Source of the DNA: Bacillota bacterium
Lineage (GTDB): Bacteria > Bacillota > Clostridia > Oscillospirales > QAMX01
Direction of reading: 5' to 3'
NCBI GenBank assembly: GCA_033813635.1
Contig: JAPXRI010000005.1
Span: 43,941-107,940 of the forward strand
DNA: 64,000 bases
Under the pieces are notes generated by a model. The model was given only the letters and a program-made list of their open reading frames with translations, had not been told where the DNA came from and searched no databases. Positions within the stretch are counted from its first letter, which is position 1. Each line of letters opens with the position of its first letter. Both the position numbers and the translations under genes were made by a program. Positions 45,651 to 54,573 of this stretch are shown here, piece after piece.

Positions 45651-46553
45651 TTATATTCTTACCTCATCGCTTTCAAAATTCGGAACCCATTCGCCGCCGC
45701 GGCAGCGCTTCAGATAGTTCAACGCGAAAACCTGCCCGGTATATTCTAAATCGCCTCTGTAAACTGGGTCATGCCAGCCCTCTATGTCGATGCTTCCCTG
45801 AAAACCTGACATCCGGAGGATGGAAATAATATCCGTCCAGTTGCTGTCGCCAAATCCGGGCGTGCGGTGCCAAACAAACGGCTCCCGTCCGCAGATTCCG
45901 CTTTCTTTCACCACATCCCACGCGATTGTCGCATCCTTGCCGTGGACGGCAAATACCTTTTTCGCCCATTTGCGAAGCTGTGGAATCGGATCGACCAACT
46001 GCACCATTTGGTGGCACGGCTCCCACTGCAGGCCGATGTTGTCATGCGGAACCGCTTCAAACATCATCTCCCACGCGGCGGGAGAAAAAGCAATGTTCCA
46101 GTCGCCCCGGGTCCAGTCCCCGTCCATATTGCAATTTTCAAAGGCAATCCGAACGCTTTTTTCCTGCGCAAGCTCCGCAAGCGGGGTAAACACCTCCCGA
46201 TATCTGGGGATAGACTCCTCGACAGGTCGGTCGGGCAGCCGCCCTGCAAAACCGGTTACCAAATCCGTGCCGAAAAGAGGTGCGGCATGAATGAGCTTTT
46301 CCCAGCTTTCTCTGGCCTCGGCCCCTTTTTCCATATCCACCAAAGGATTTGAAAAGAGGGACAGACAGGAAATTCGGCAGCCTGTGCCCGCCAGAATTTT
46401 GCGCGTTTCTTCTGCCAGAAGCGCTAAATCCCAATCGCCGACCGTTTCCCAGAATGTAATGGAAAACGTTTCGAAGCCGTAAGGGATCAGTTTTGGCATT
46501 ACTCTTTTTACATTGTCCACGCTGACCAACGTTCCGATTTTAATTTCATGCAT
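45651..46553 (-). CDS. Xylose-isomerase-like TIM-barrel protein (sugar phosphate isomerase/epimerase family)
   Basis: 300 aa. The family-typical pattern is present (...RIAFENC..., ...HGKDA..., IDIEGWHD...). It lies 14 nt upstream of the oxidoreductase gene. Confidence 0.7.
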   Translation of the reverse strand: MHEIKIGTLVSVDNVKRVMPKLIPYGFETFSITFWETVGDWDLALLAEETRKILAGTGCRISCLSLFSNPLVDMEKGAEARESWEKLIHAAPLFGTDLVTGFAGRLPDRPVEESIPRYREVFTPLAELAQEKSVRIAFENCNMDGDWTRGDWNIAFSPAAWEMMFEAVPHDNIGLQWEPCHQMVQLVDPIPQLRKWAKKVFAVHGKDATIAWDVVKESGICGREPFVWHRTPGFGDSNWTDIISILRMSGFQGSIDIEGWHDPVYRGDLEYTGQVFALNYLKRCRGGEWVPNFESDEVRI

Positions 46554-46660
46554 ACGATATCGCCTCCGAAAAATAATACGGTCAATACTATTATCTATAT
46601 CTGCTTGGTTATTTCTTGCATTTTATTGGTGTATTATGATACGATGTTGGCATAGGGGGT
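46551..46660. repeat. Copy A of a ~110-bp inverted duplication (divergent promoter/operator module)
   Basis: By eye, roughly nine positions in ten are identical to the reverse complement of 47743..47851. The match includes a perfect 25-mer, TCAATACTATTATCTATATCTGCTT (46582-46606 versus rc 47797-47821), and the direct repeats TTGGTGTA/TTGGCATA spaced 21 bp apart. Confidence 0.85.
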
Positions 46661-46667
46661 GGGAAAA

Positions 46668-47537
46668 ATGAATATTAATATGCGGTTTTTTGAGCATGCG
46701 GAGCGCAACAACAGAAGTTTTTATATTTACGATCTGAAAGCGGCGGCGGGGGAGGCGGTATTCGACGCCCATTGGCATACGGAGTTTGAGATTTTATATG
46801 CCGAATGCAACGGCATGGTTAAACTGGACGCAAAAGAGGTTCCGCTCGCCAAAGACAGCTTTGTGTTCATTAACACAGAGCAGCTTCACCAAACCGTCGC
46901 GTATGCAAACGGCAGGATTTTCGCCATGGTTTTTGATTTTGAGCTTCTTGCGTTTAATAACAAGGATTTTTGCCAGACGAACATAATTAACGCGCTGAAA
47001 ACCAAGTCGAGTCTGTTTCCTCAATGCGATAGCTTGGATGAAGCCCTTTGCGAGGAGATCAAACGCCTTCTCAAAAGCATCATAGACGTGTATTACAGCA
47101 ATACGCCGGGGTATGAGCTGAAAATAAAATGCAATTTATATGAGATTATTTTTCTGTTGTATTCCGGCGGGAAGTTTATCCCCCATGAAAAAGAAAAGCA
47201 TTATCCCTTGGCTCAAATTGATTATGTGAAGAAGGCGGTGGCCTATATGGAGGCCAACTATCCCCAGCCAGTCACCATTGACGATTTGGCCAGATGTGTT
47301 AGCATCAATAAATATTACTTTATCAAATTATTCAGGCAGATTACCGGCGAAACGCCGATGGTATTTTTAAGAAATTTGCGAATCGACATTTCGCGGGATG
47401 TTTTGGTGCAAGGATGCTCTGTCACGCAGGCGGCGCTGATGTCGGGCTTTACCAACGTCAGCTATTATATCCGCCATTTTAAAAATAGGCATCAAGTAAC
47501 GCCGAAAAAGTATCAGGATTTGCATAGGCAGCAATAG
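46668..47537 (+). CDS. AraC-family transcriptional regulator (cupin + HTH)
   Basis: C-terminal AraC HTH (ITIDDLARCVSINKYYFIKLFRQITGETP...GFTNVSYYIRHFK). ATG 46668 is preferred over the GTG at 46659, because GGGGG lies 8 nt upstream of it. Confidence 0.85.
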   Translation: MNINMRFFEHAERNNRSFYIYDLKAAAGEAVFDAHWHTEFEILYAECNGMVKLDAKEVPLAKDSFVFINTEQLHQTVAYANGRIFAMVFDFELLAFNNKDFCQTNIINALKTKSSLFPQCDSLDEALCEEIKRLLKSIIDVYYSNTPGYELKIKCNLYEIIFLLYSGGKFIPHEKEKHYPLAQIDYVKKAVAYMEANYPQPVTIDDLARCVSINKYYFIKLFRQITGETPMVFLRNLRIDISRDVLVQGCSVTQAALMSGFTNVSYYIRHFKNRHQVTPKKYQDLHRQQ

Positions 47538-47569
47538 GTAAATAGCGAAGTTTAAGAACCGTCAGGATA

Positions 47570-47689
47570 TCAATCAAATATACCGCCATTCCATCCATGA
47601 AATGGATTTTCACTCCAAAAAATTGCGTCTTGCAAGTCATACATTTTGCGCAATCGGTTGTTTCGGTTATTATTGCAACTATTCCGCAT
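47570..47689 (-). pseudogene. 39-codon remnant of a second araC-type gene (N-terminus only)
   Basis: MRNSCNNNRNNRLRKMYDLQDAIFW... aligns with residues 5-25 of the intact regulator (MRFFEHAERNNRSFYIYDLK). It sits behind copy B of the duplicated promoter module. Confidence 0.35.
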
Positions 47690-47742
47690 TGAAAACTACC
47701 GTGCACCCCTCCCAAAAAAGTTATTGTTGGGTGGTTTTAGTT

Positions 47743-47851
47743 CCCCCTGTGCCAATATCGTGTCATAATATGCCAATAAAATGCAAGAAAAAAACTAAGC
47801 AGATATAGATAATAGTATTGATCATATTACTTTCAGGGGCGTGATTCTATG
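47743..47851. repeat. Copy B (inverted) of the promoter/operator module
   Basis: See copy A. The conserved half-sites TTGGCATA/TTGGCACA are again 21 bp apart (rc of 47769-47776 and 47748-47755). Confidence 0.85.
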
Positions 47852-48010
47852 GATCAGCAAAAAAACATCGTAAAACAAGTGAAGATTTGCGGTGCAGACA
47901 TTGCCGCATTTTCCATTGCTTTAGGTCCAAACGCGACGGAAACCGAACAGTTCGCCGCAAGCCAGCTGCAAAGCCACATCCAAACGGCCTCAGGCATAAA
48001 ACTATCATAG
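47849..48010 (+). pseudogene. N-terminal fragment of a DUF4838-type gene (53 codons, then a stop)
   Basis: MDQQKNIVKQVKICGADIAAFSIALGPNATETEQFAASQLQSHIQTASGIKLS* resembles the N-terminus of the intact downstream gene (…FSIVVPKDANHEERYAASELAHFLALMTKTKLP…). It starts at the position equivalent to the TIM-barrel gene start in copy A. Confidence 0.45.
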
Positions 48011-48184
48011 GGAATTTCTACCCCATCTGCCGACGCTGCGAAACGGAAAGGTATACCGGGCAAAGTATGGAAAAGCGCCCAAACCTCGAATAAGCTACCC
48101 ATTTGCTATCCCTGTCATTTTACTAGAAAAGATGAAAAATAAGACAAAAGGATTTGTCGTAACAAATAAAGGGAGAATATTAAA

Positions 48185-49948
48185 ATGGATATAGTAAAAA
48201 ACGGATCTTCCCAATTCAGTATTGTGGTACCCAAAGACGCAAACCATGAGGAACGGTACGCTGCTTCCGAGCTTGCCCATTTTCTTGCACTGATGACAAA
48301 AACAAAACTGCCCATCATACCCGATAGCGAACCTAAAACCGGTCCGGAAATCCTCATCGGTTACAACAGTCGCACGGATTCCCTGGGCGTATCTCCCGAC
48401 GATACACCCGGCGAGGAGGAATATCAAATTCTTGCCAAGAACGGAGATCTTGTTTTGGCAGGCAGCAAACCCCGTGGGACCCTTTATAGTGTTTATGGCT
48501 TTCTGCAGGATGTGCTTGGTTTTCGCTTTTACGCGCCGGACTGCATTAAAATTCCTTATTCTTCGGACATAACGCTGGAGGACGACCTCTCTTTGTTTGA
48601 TAAACCCGCCTTTCGTTATCGGGAATCTAATTATGCACATCTCACTATAGGCACTAATGCCGCCCGCGCCCGCCAGAATGGTGCCATCAGCAGGCTTTCC
48701 GAAGAACACGGAGGACATCATACTTATGCCCCCGGCTTTTTTGTCCATACATTCCAGAGTTTGATTCCCTCCAAGGAGTATTACGATGAACATCCTGAGT
48801 TTTTTGCCCTTGTCAAAGGCAAACGTGATAACTCACACCAGCATCAAATCTGCCTGACCAATCCGGATGTACTTCACATCAGTATAGAAAAGTCCTTGGA
48901 CGCTTTGCGCAAGAATCCAGAAGCAACACTGATTTCCATTTCTCAAAGCGACAACAACGATCCCTGCGAATGTGAACACTGCCAGAAAATCGCCGACGAG
49001 GAGGAAAGCCAGTCTGGACCGATAATCCATTTTGTCAACGCTGTGGCAGATGCCATCGCCAAAGAGTTTCCTCATGTGATGGTTGACACACTTTCCTATC
49101 TCTATTCCGAAAAACCGCCAAAAATCGTCCGCCCTAGGGACAATGTACAAATCCGTTTCGCGCTGTTAAACCACTGTCATTCACATCCTTTACGTTCCTG
49201 TAAGTTCCAGCCCCACGGCAACAACGGCCAGGGACTTTATATGGAAACCACATTTGCAGACATGCTGCGTGCATGGAGCAAAATCGCGAAGCATATCGCT
49301 ATTTGGGATTATGCGGTGTATTTTGAGTTCTATTTCATGATGCGCCCCAATTTCCACACGCTTGCCGACAATATGCGCTTTTACAAAGAGAACAATGTGG
49401 ACAGCATATTCTACGAAAGCAATGCCAACACCGGAGGCGAAATGGTGGAGCTGCGGGGTTATATTCTGACCCAGCTCATGTGGAATCTTGACTTCGATGT
49501 ACAGGCAGGTATCGCCGAATTTTGCCACGAGTTTTTTGGCGAGGCAGCCCCCTATATACTTGAGTACTTAGATATTACAAGAGATGCGCTGCTCGAAAGC
49601 AATTTCCATATGTGTCTTTCTGACTATCCCACCTCTCTTTGGATTTCCGCCGACCTTTTGAAAAAAGCCGACGCGCTGTTTGATAAAGCAGAACAGGCCC
49701 TCAAGACCGACCCGATCAGGCTAAGACGCGTGCAAAAAGAGCGGTTGGCTGTACGTTTTGCTAAATTTTTCTACCCTGCTTTTGTGTTTGAAGACCGCGG
49801 AGCTGAAGCTGATGCGTTTATGGCCGATCTTCGCTCTCACGGAGGTATCGTAACAAGCACCTATTGGGGTAGTCGTAATATCCGTCAGTTGATATTCCGT
49901 GGTATATGGAGACCTCACGAAGACGATATGGAGGTTATCCCCGACTGA
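48185..49948 (+). CDS. DUF4838-like putative glycoside hydrolase, signal-less
   Basis: 587 aa. It has an N-terminal GH20b/GH67N-like domain pattern and a CECEHC motif, which I recall as typical of DUF4838 proteins. Confidence 0.55.
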   Translation: MDIVKNGSSQFSIVVPKDANHEERYAASELAHFLALMTKTKLPIIPDSEPKTGPEILIGYNSRTDSLGVSPDDTPGEEEYQILAKNGDLVLAGSKPRGTLYSVYGFLQDVLGFRFYAPDCIKIPYSSDITLEDDLSLFDKPAFRYRESNYAHLTIGTNAARARQNGAISRLSEEHGGHHTYAPGFFVHTFQSLIPSKEYYDEHPEFFALVKGKRDNSHQHQICLTNPDVLHISIEKSLDALRKNPEATLISISQSDNNDPCECEHCQKIADEEESQSGPIIHFVNAVADAIAKEFPHVMVDTLSYLYSEKPPKIVRPRDNVQIRFALLNHCHSHPLRSCKFQPHGNNGQGLYMETTFADMLRAWSKIAKHIAIWDYAVYFEFYFMMRPNFHTLADNMRFYKENNVDSIFYESNANTGGEMVELRGYILTQLMWNLDFDVQAGIAEFCHEFFGEAAPYILEYLDITRDALLESNFHMCLSDYPTSLWISADLLKKADALFDKAEQALKTDPIRLRRVQKERLAVRFAKFFYPAFVFEDRGAEADAFMADLRSHGGIVTSTYWGSRNIRQLIFRGIWRPHEDDMEVIPD

Positions 49949-50125
49949 GCATTTTATTTACCAATCTTGCTGTTTTTATGTATAGAAGCGTGAATCGCAG
50001 AAAAGACGCGACTATAGCGGAACGAGCAATGAAAGACAAGGCTGAAAAGTATCCGGCGTACGCCCCCCGGTGGATTCGAATCATATATAATTGCATCGGA
50101 GCAATATATTTTCAGAAAATGGACG

Positions 50126-50166
50126 AAAAAACGGCATAGTCGTAAATAGCGGCTATGCCGTTTTTC
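50126..50166. terminator. Bidirectional rho-independent terminator
   Basis: AAAAA-ACGGCATAG-N13-CTATGCCGT-TTTTT, between the convergent DUF4838 and ABC ATPase genes. Confidence 0.7.
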
Positions 50167-50259
50167 TCAAGGGTATAAAATCCCTATGTGAGGACAGCTT
50201 TAAGCGCGTTTTATACAGTATTTTTAAAACTGAACAGGTCAGGCGGGATTTTTAGATTT

Positions 50260-51132
50260 TTATTTCGAGATTTTCAGCCCGCCGAGGGCGTTGATATAGG
50301 CGTCGTGCAGCGTGGGTATGGTTTTTTCCGAGTTTTCGGTGTTGGCACTGTGGTCCACATATCTGACAAGGGGCATTCCGTCGCGGTACCTGACGGAGGT
50401 GACGAGGGTTTTTTTCAGAATCAGCGCCTCAGCCTCCGGAGTGAGCGTGCATTCCCAGGTTTTATCCAGCAGAGAAAGAATCAGCTCGGTGGTGGCGCCG
50501 GCGTAGACAAGCCGGCCGCGGTCGAGAATCGCGACGCTGTCACAGAGGCGCTCCGCATCGTCAAGTATCTGAGTGGATAGGATGATCGCCTTATGCGGGC
50601 CTAACGAATAGAGGAGATTGTAAAACGAGAGCCGCTCTTCCGGGTCCAGCCCGGCGGTCGGGCAGTCGAGCACCAGGATTTTCGGGTCGCCGACCATCAC
50701 GGAGGCGATCTCAGCCCTGCGGAGCATGCCGTCGGACAGGTCGGAGAGACGCCTTTTGTACTGGTTTTCAAGGCCGACGGCTTTGAGACAGCGGAAAATC
50801 TCGTTTCTTCTCTCGCCTGCCTTTATTTTTTTATAGATGCAGGCAAACTCAAGGTAGGAGTAAAGGCTGATCACCGGGATAGTTTTCGATCTCTGTGGGA
50901 GATAGCCGATAATTCGGGAATAATCCGGGTTTAAAGAAATATCCCCGCCGTCCAGCGTGACCCGGCCCTTGGAGGGCTTGAATTCGCCGGAGAGTACGCG
51001 GAGAAGCGTAGTCTTACCGGAACCGTTTCTTCCGATGAGGCCGAAAATCCCAAAGCCGATGTCAAGGGTTATCGAATTTAAAGCGACTGTCTGGCCATAG
51101 GTTTTTGTGACATTTTCCAGCCTGAGCTTCAC
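50260..51132 (-). CDS. ABC transporter ATP-binding protein (no cognate permease adjacent)
   Basis: Walker A GRNGSGKTT, signature LSDGMLRR and Walker B ILVLDCPTAGLD. The start is moved to GTG 51132, which has the RBS AAGGGAGGAA 9 nt upstream. Confidence 0.8.
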   Translation of the reverse strand: MKLRLENVTKTYGQTVALNSITLDIGFGIFGLIGRNGSGKTTLLRVLSGEFKPSKGRVTLDGGDISLNPDYSRIIGYLPQRSKTIPVISLYSYLEFACIYKKIKAGERRNEIFRCLKAVGLENQYKRRLSDLSDGMLRRAEIASVMVGDPKILVLDCPTAGLDPEERLSFYNLLYSLGPHKAIILSTQILDDAERLCDSVAILDRGRLVYAGATTELILSLLDKTWECTLTPEAEALILKKTLVTSVRYRDGMPLVRYVDHSANTENSEKTIPTLHDAYINALGGLKISK

Positions 51133-51394
51133 GGCTGTAGATTCCTCCCTTATCGAAGTCTTTCGGGCTGACAACGTTTTTAATCCAAAATTGAAAATAA
51201 TCCGGATTCCGACAAAATAAACAAAATTATGAACGCAATTCACATAAAAAAGACGCAAATATCAGTCGGGAAGATCGGCTTTCCGCCTGTGGCACAATTA
51301 TATAATACCGCAATGATACTTTCAATATATATCGGAAACTTTAACAGATAGTTAATATATTGTTATTATATTGACGAAATACGGCCGGCGCACC

Positions 51395-52873
51395 TCAATA
51401 GGGGCCGTAGTGAAACGCGACGGCGCCCAGTAAAAAGGCGACCGATACCAGGGCTGCGATAAACTGAACCTTCCATGAAAACCTAATCCATACTGGGTAA
51501 GGCACGCAGGTCAAGCCGAGGCAGACGATAAGGCCGGGGTTTGTAGGCAGCAGGATGTTCGACAGTCCGTCGCCGAAGCAGAACGTAAGCACGGCCGTCT
51601 GCCTTGTAAGGCCGATAAGGTCGCAGAGCGGGCTTAATAAGGGCATGATCAGAAATGCCTTGGCGGTGGAAGCCCCGATGAAAATCTCTATCATTACAAC
51701 AAAAACGTAGATAAAGAGGACGCCGACAAACGGTGAGGTCCCCTCTATCGCATTCTCGGCGTAGTAGAGCAGCGTGTCCGACACCCCGCCGCCGTCGATG
51801 ATCGTTTTGACGCTTAGGGCCATCAGTACCAGCAGTATGCCGGGCGCGAGGCCGACCGCGTTTTTTATGATTGTTTTCAGCGCGCGCTTTATATTGTATC
51901 CCGAGAGCAGGGACGCGCCTATGCTGCCTGTGAGAAAGCACACCCCGACGATGGGGAGCATCAGATCGGACACTCCGGATAAAAACGATAGGCCGATCAT
52001 CGCAAGCAGAATAACCAGCAGAAAAACGCCTAAAAACCTTACGGCGGTTTTCAGCCGCCCGGTCTCCACGGTTCCCGCCGACAACCTTTTTTCAAGCTCC
52101 TCCCAGGTCCCGGGAGAGGTGTATTTTTCCCGCAGGCCGGAGTCGAGCCGGTAAACCGGCGACGCCTCCGGATTTTTCTCTATCTTTTTCGCGTAACCCA
52201 TCAGAAAAACCATCAGCAGTATATAATTAACGACAAAAAACGCCGCCCGCAGGGCGAAACCGGAGTAGAGCGGGAGATCGGCTATTTTCTGTGACACGAC
52301 GAGGGAAAACGGGTTTGTCAGCGCGGCGCTAAAGCCGAAGCAGGAGGCCATAATGCTCATTCCGAGCCCGACGAGCGTATCCCACTTCAGGCTGTACGCG
52401 ATCGCGATTACAATCGGGACCAGCACGATGTTCTCTTCAAACGTACCGATGACGGAGCTTTCGAACATAAAAAAGAATACCAGGATCCCCATCAGCACAT
52501 ATTTTTTGGATAAGAACCGTCCGACTGTCATCGACACCGCGGCGGCCATCACGCCGCTGTCCTCAAGCACGGTGACGGAGCCTGCAATCCCGAAAACGAA
52601 GAGCACGATGACGGCGACTGACAGGCCGTTCGAACCGGCAAAAATTTCGAACGGCGCGGTGAACCAGCGCCATACGGGATAACCCGGGTTTTGCGTATAG
52701 CTGAAGGTTCCCTCAAGTATCATCTCCCGGCCGCTCTCGACCGTTCTCTGGTATTGGCCGGCCGGCAGGACTTTTGTGAGCACGCCGGCGGCCAGCATCA
52801 GGCATGCGAGGATAATAAAGGCGACGATAAAGGTACGCTTTCCGATTTTGAACATGGCGCTTTGTTCAGACAA
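51395..52873 (-). CDS. YfcC/DcuC-like anion or amino-acid carrier family membrane protein
   Basis: 492 aa and about 12 TM helices. The N-terminus (…KRTFIVAFIILACLMLAAGVLTKVLPAGQY…) resembles YfcC-family proteins. The start is TTG. Confidence 0.6.
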   Translation of the reverse strand: MSEQSAMFKIGKRTFIVAFIILACLMLAAGVLTKVLPAGQYQRTVESGREMILEGTFSYTQNPGYPVWRWFTAPFEIFAGSNGLSVAVIVLFVFGIAGSVTVLEDSGVMAAAVSMTVGRFLSKKYVLMGILVFFFMFESSVIGTFEENIVLVPIVIAIAYSLKWDTLVGLGMSIMASCFGFSAALTNPFSLVVSQKIADLPLYSGFALRAAFFVVNYILLMVFLMGYAKKIEKNPEASPVYRLDSGLREKYTSPGTWEELEKRLSAGTVETGRLKTAVRFLGVFLLVILLAMIGLSFLSGVSDLMLPIVGVCFLTGSIGASLLSGYNIKRALKTIIKNAVGLAPGILLVLMALSVKTIIDGGGVSDTLLYYAENAIEGTSPFVGVLFIYVFVVMIEIFIGASTAKAFLIMPLLSPLCDLIGLTRQTAVLTFCFGDGLSNILLPTNPGLIVCLGLTCVPYPVWIRFSWKVQFIAALVSVAFLLGAVAFHYGPY

Positions 52874-53050
52874 GTGAATCCATCCCGTTCCCAGCGGATA
52901 ATTATGAGAATATTATAGGCCGGAATTATGAAAATTTCTTTAAGACGCCGGAATTAAAATTTATGCAGGCTTTGCGGCTGCTGCAAATTCCGAATTCAGC
53001 CCGGTATGGATAAATGCTGCCGGCAGTATCGACAGAATAGAGAAACATAA

Positions 53051-53194
53051 TATGGAATTTCGGATTTGAGGATTTCGACAGAGAAGAATTTCTATATTTT
53101 GGAGTACTATAAGATCGTCACGCTAGACACGGACATCACAAATTATCCTATGCAGAAAGTCGCCGTAAGCATCGGCATGCGGAGAGTGAAGTAA
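53051..53194 (+). pseudogene. Possible 3' fragment of a GNAT acetyltransferase gene
   Basis: An open frame without a start encodes ...YYKIVTLDTDITNYPMQKVAVSIGMRRVK*, which resembles a GNAT C-terminus. A hairpin follows (GATACCCGCCG...CGGCGGGTATC, 53211-53247). Confidence 0.3.
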
Positions 53195-53291
53195 ACAGCG
53201 CTGTTAAACAGATACCCGCCGGAAAGCAATGCTTTTCGGCGGGTATCGCTATTTGAAAGGCTGTAGATTTTTTATGTGCCTTTTTAGGGGG

Positions 53292-54557
53292 TTAGAAAAC
53301 CCAGGGAACTGCCGTCACGGTATCGTACTTTATCTCCACAGAATAGAGTCCGGTGTCTGGCAGCTTGGCGTTCAGCGGACCCTTTCCGTTATAATACCGG
53401 TACGCCCGCTCCCCGCAGAGGTCCTGATGGCGCCGTTCGCGCCCGTCGCAATAACGGTAGAGGATAAAGTGCCGCCACACTCCGCCGATTCGGAAGCTGC
53501 TCGCGACCGCGTGGTCGGCGCGGGGCAGTGTCGGATGGTTCCAGTCGCGGATTCCGTCGCCGTCGTGGAGTAAAACGGGCGCTCCCAATTCGCCGTCGGT
53601 CACCGGATACGCTACGAGCGGGTTTCTGATATAAGGCTCGCGGGAACTGGACGGGTTGGCGGTCAGATAGAGGCCACCGTCGAGACCGCAGTTCAAGACC
53701 ATCGGGGAGGAGAGTAAGTTGTGGCTGCGCGTAAACCGGTAGGAAAAACCGTCTTCCGATTCATACAGTCTGCCGATATCGGGTCCGCGTGTGTAAACGA
53801 TGTATTTTCCGCCGGAGTAAACGATGCTCGCCTCGGATTCTCTCCCGGGGTCGACGCAAAAAGCCGGGCCGACCTTTTCCGGCCGCCACGCGTAGCCGTC
53901 GTATGTGAAGTACACCACCCGGCAGCCCGAATTGACGAATTCGAGCGGAAAAAGAATTCCTTCTTTATAGCTTATCGGGTTTGACAGACCGGGGCCTGTC
54001 AGCGTCAGCCCAAATTCTTCGCCGTGCGTCAGGCGGTGCGAGAAAATGTCGAGATATTCTCCGTCCCAGCGGAGGTCAAGCCATTCCGTGAGATGTTCAG
54101 TATTGTTTTCAATCCACAGTTTTTTATCGGTATGATACGGGACGCAGTTTGAAAGTAAAAATCCCGTTCCCGCGGCGGGGTGGGGTTTTCCGTCTTCGGT
54201 TTTCGCTCCGAGCGGGACGAAAGCTCCGTTTGCCGGATATTTGGCTAAAAACGACCTCTGGCCGGACAAAAGGGTGTAATCTCTCTGGGGCCGGTTCAGA
54301 GGGAAGGCTTTTTCGGGGACGATATCCGCGATGCTTTTGAAGATGAACCCGTCGTTTCCGACGCACAGGTCGTCAGCCCCGAGTTCGTCCATGCTCGCGA
54401 CCAGCATGCAGGTGTCAGGATCGAGCTGGAGCACGTATCCGAGCTCATAACTGATGTCGTTTGTCGTGTTTTCAGGCTGCCGCGCCGGTTTTTGGAGCAG
54501 CATTCCGTTTCTGACGATCTCGTTTCCGCAGAGGAATCTGTCTTTTGCGATGTTCAT
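53292..54557 (-). CDS. Hypothetical protein (beta-rich, family not assignable by eye)
   Basis: 421-aa ORF with RBS GAAGGGA. It is tightly packed as the last gene of a four-gene operon and has no signal peptide. Confidence 0.6.
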   Translation of the reverse strand: MNIAKDRFLCGNEIVRNGMLLQKPARQPENTTNDISYELGYVLQLDPDTCMLVASMDELGADDLCVGNDGFIFKSIADIVPEKAFPLNRPQRDYTLLSGQRSFLAKYPANGAFVPLGAKTEDGKPHPAAGTGFLLSNCVPYHTDKKLWIENNTEHLTEWLDLRWDGEYLDIFSHRLTHGEEFGLTLTGPGLSNPISYKEGILFPLEFVNSGCRVVYFTYDGYAWRPEKVGPAFCVDPGRESEASIVYSGGKYIVYTRGPDIGRLYESEDGFSYRFTRSHNLLSSPMVLNCGLDGGLYLTANPSSSREPYIRNPLVAYPVTDGELGAPVLLHDGDGIRDWNHPTLPRADHAVASSFRIGGVWRHFILYRYCDGRERRHQDLCGERAYRYYNGKGPLNAKLPDTGLYSVEIKYDTVTAVPWVF

Positions 54558-54573
54558 GTATTATCTGTCCCTT

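Noticed and set aside
48095-48793. 232-aa minus-strand ORF
   Set aside because: It is antisense to the 5' part of the DUF4838-like gene. It has no RBS and no motifs.
49978-50139. 53-codon plus-strand ORF (MYRSVNRRKDATIAERAMKDKAEKYP...) between the DUF4838 stop and the terminator
   Set aside because: It has no RBS and no recognisable family. It may be a chance ORF or a relic.
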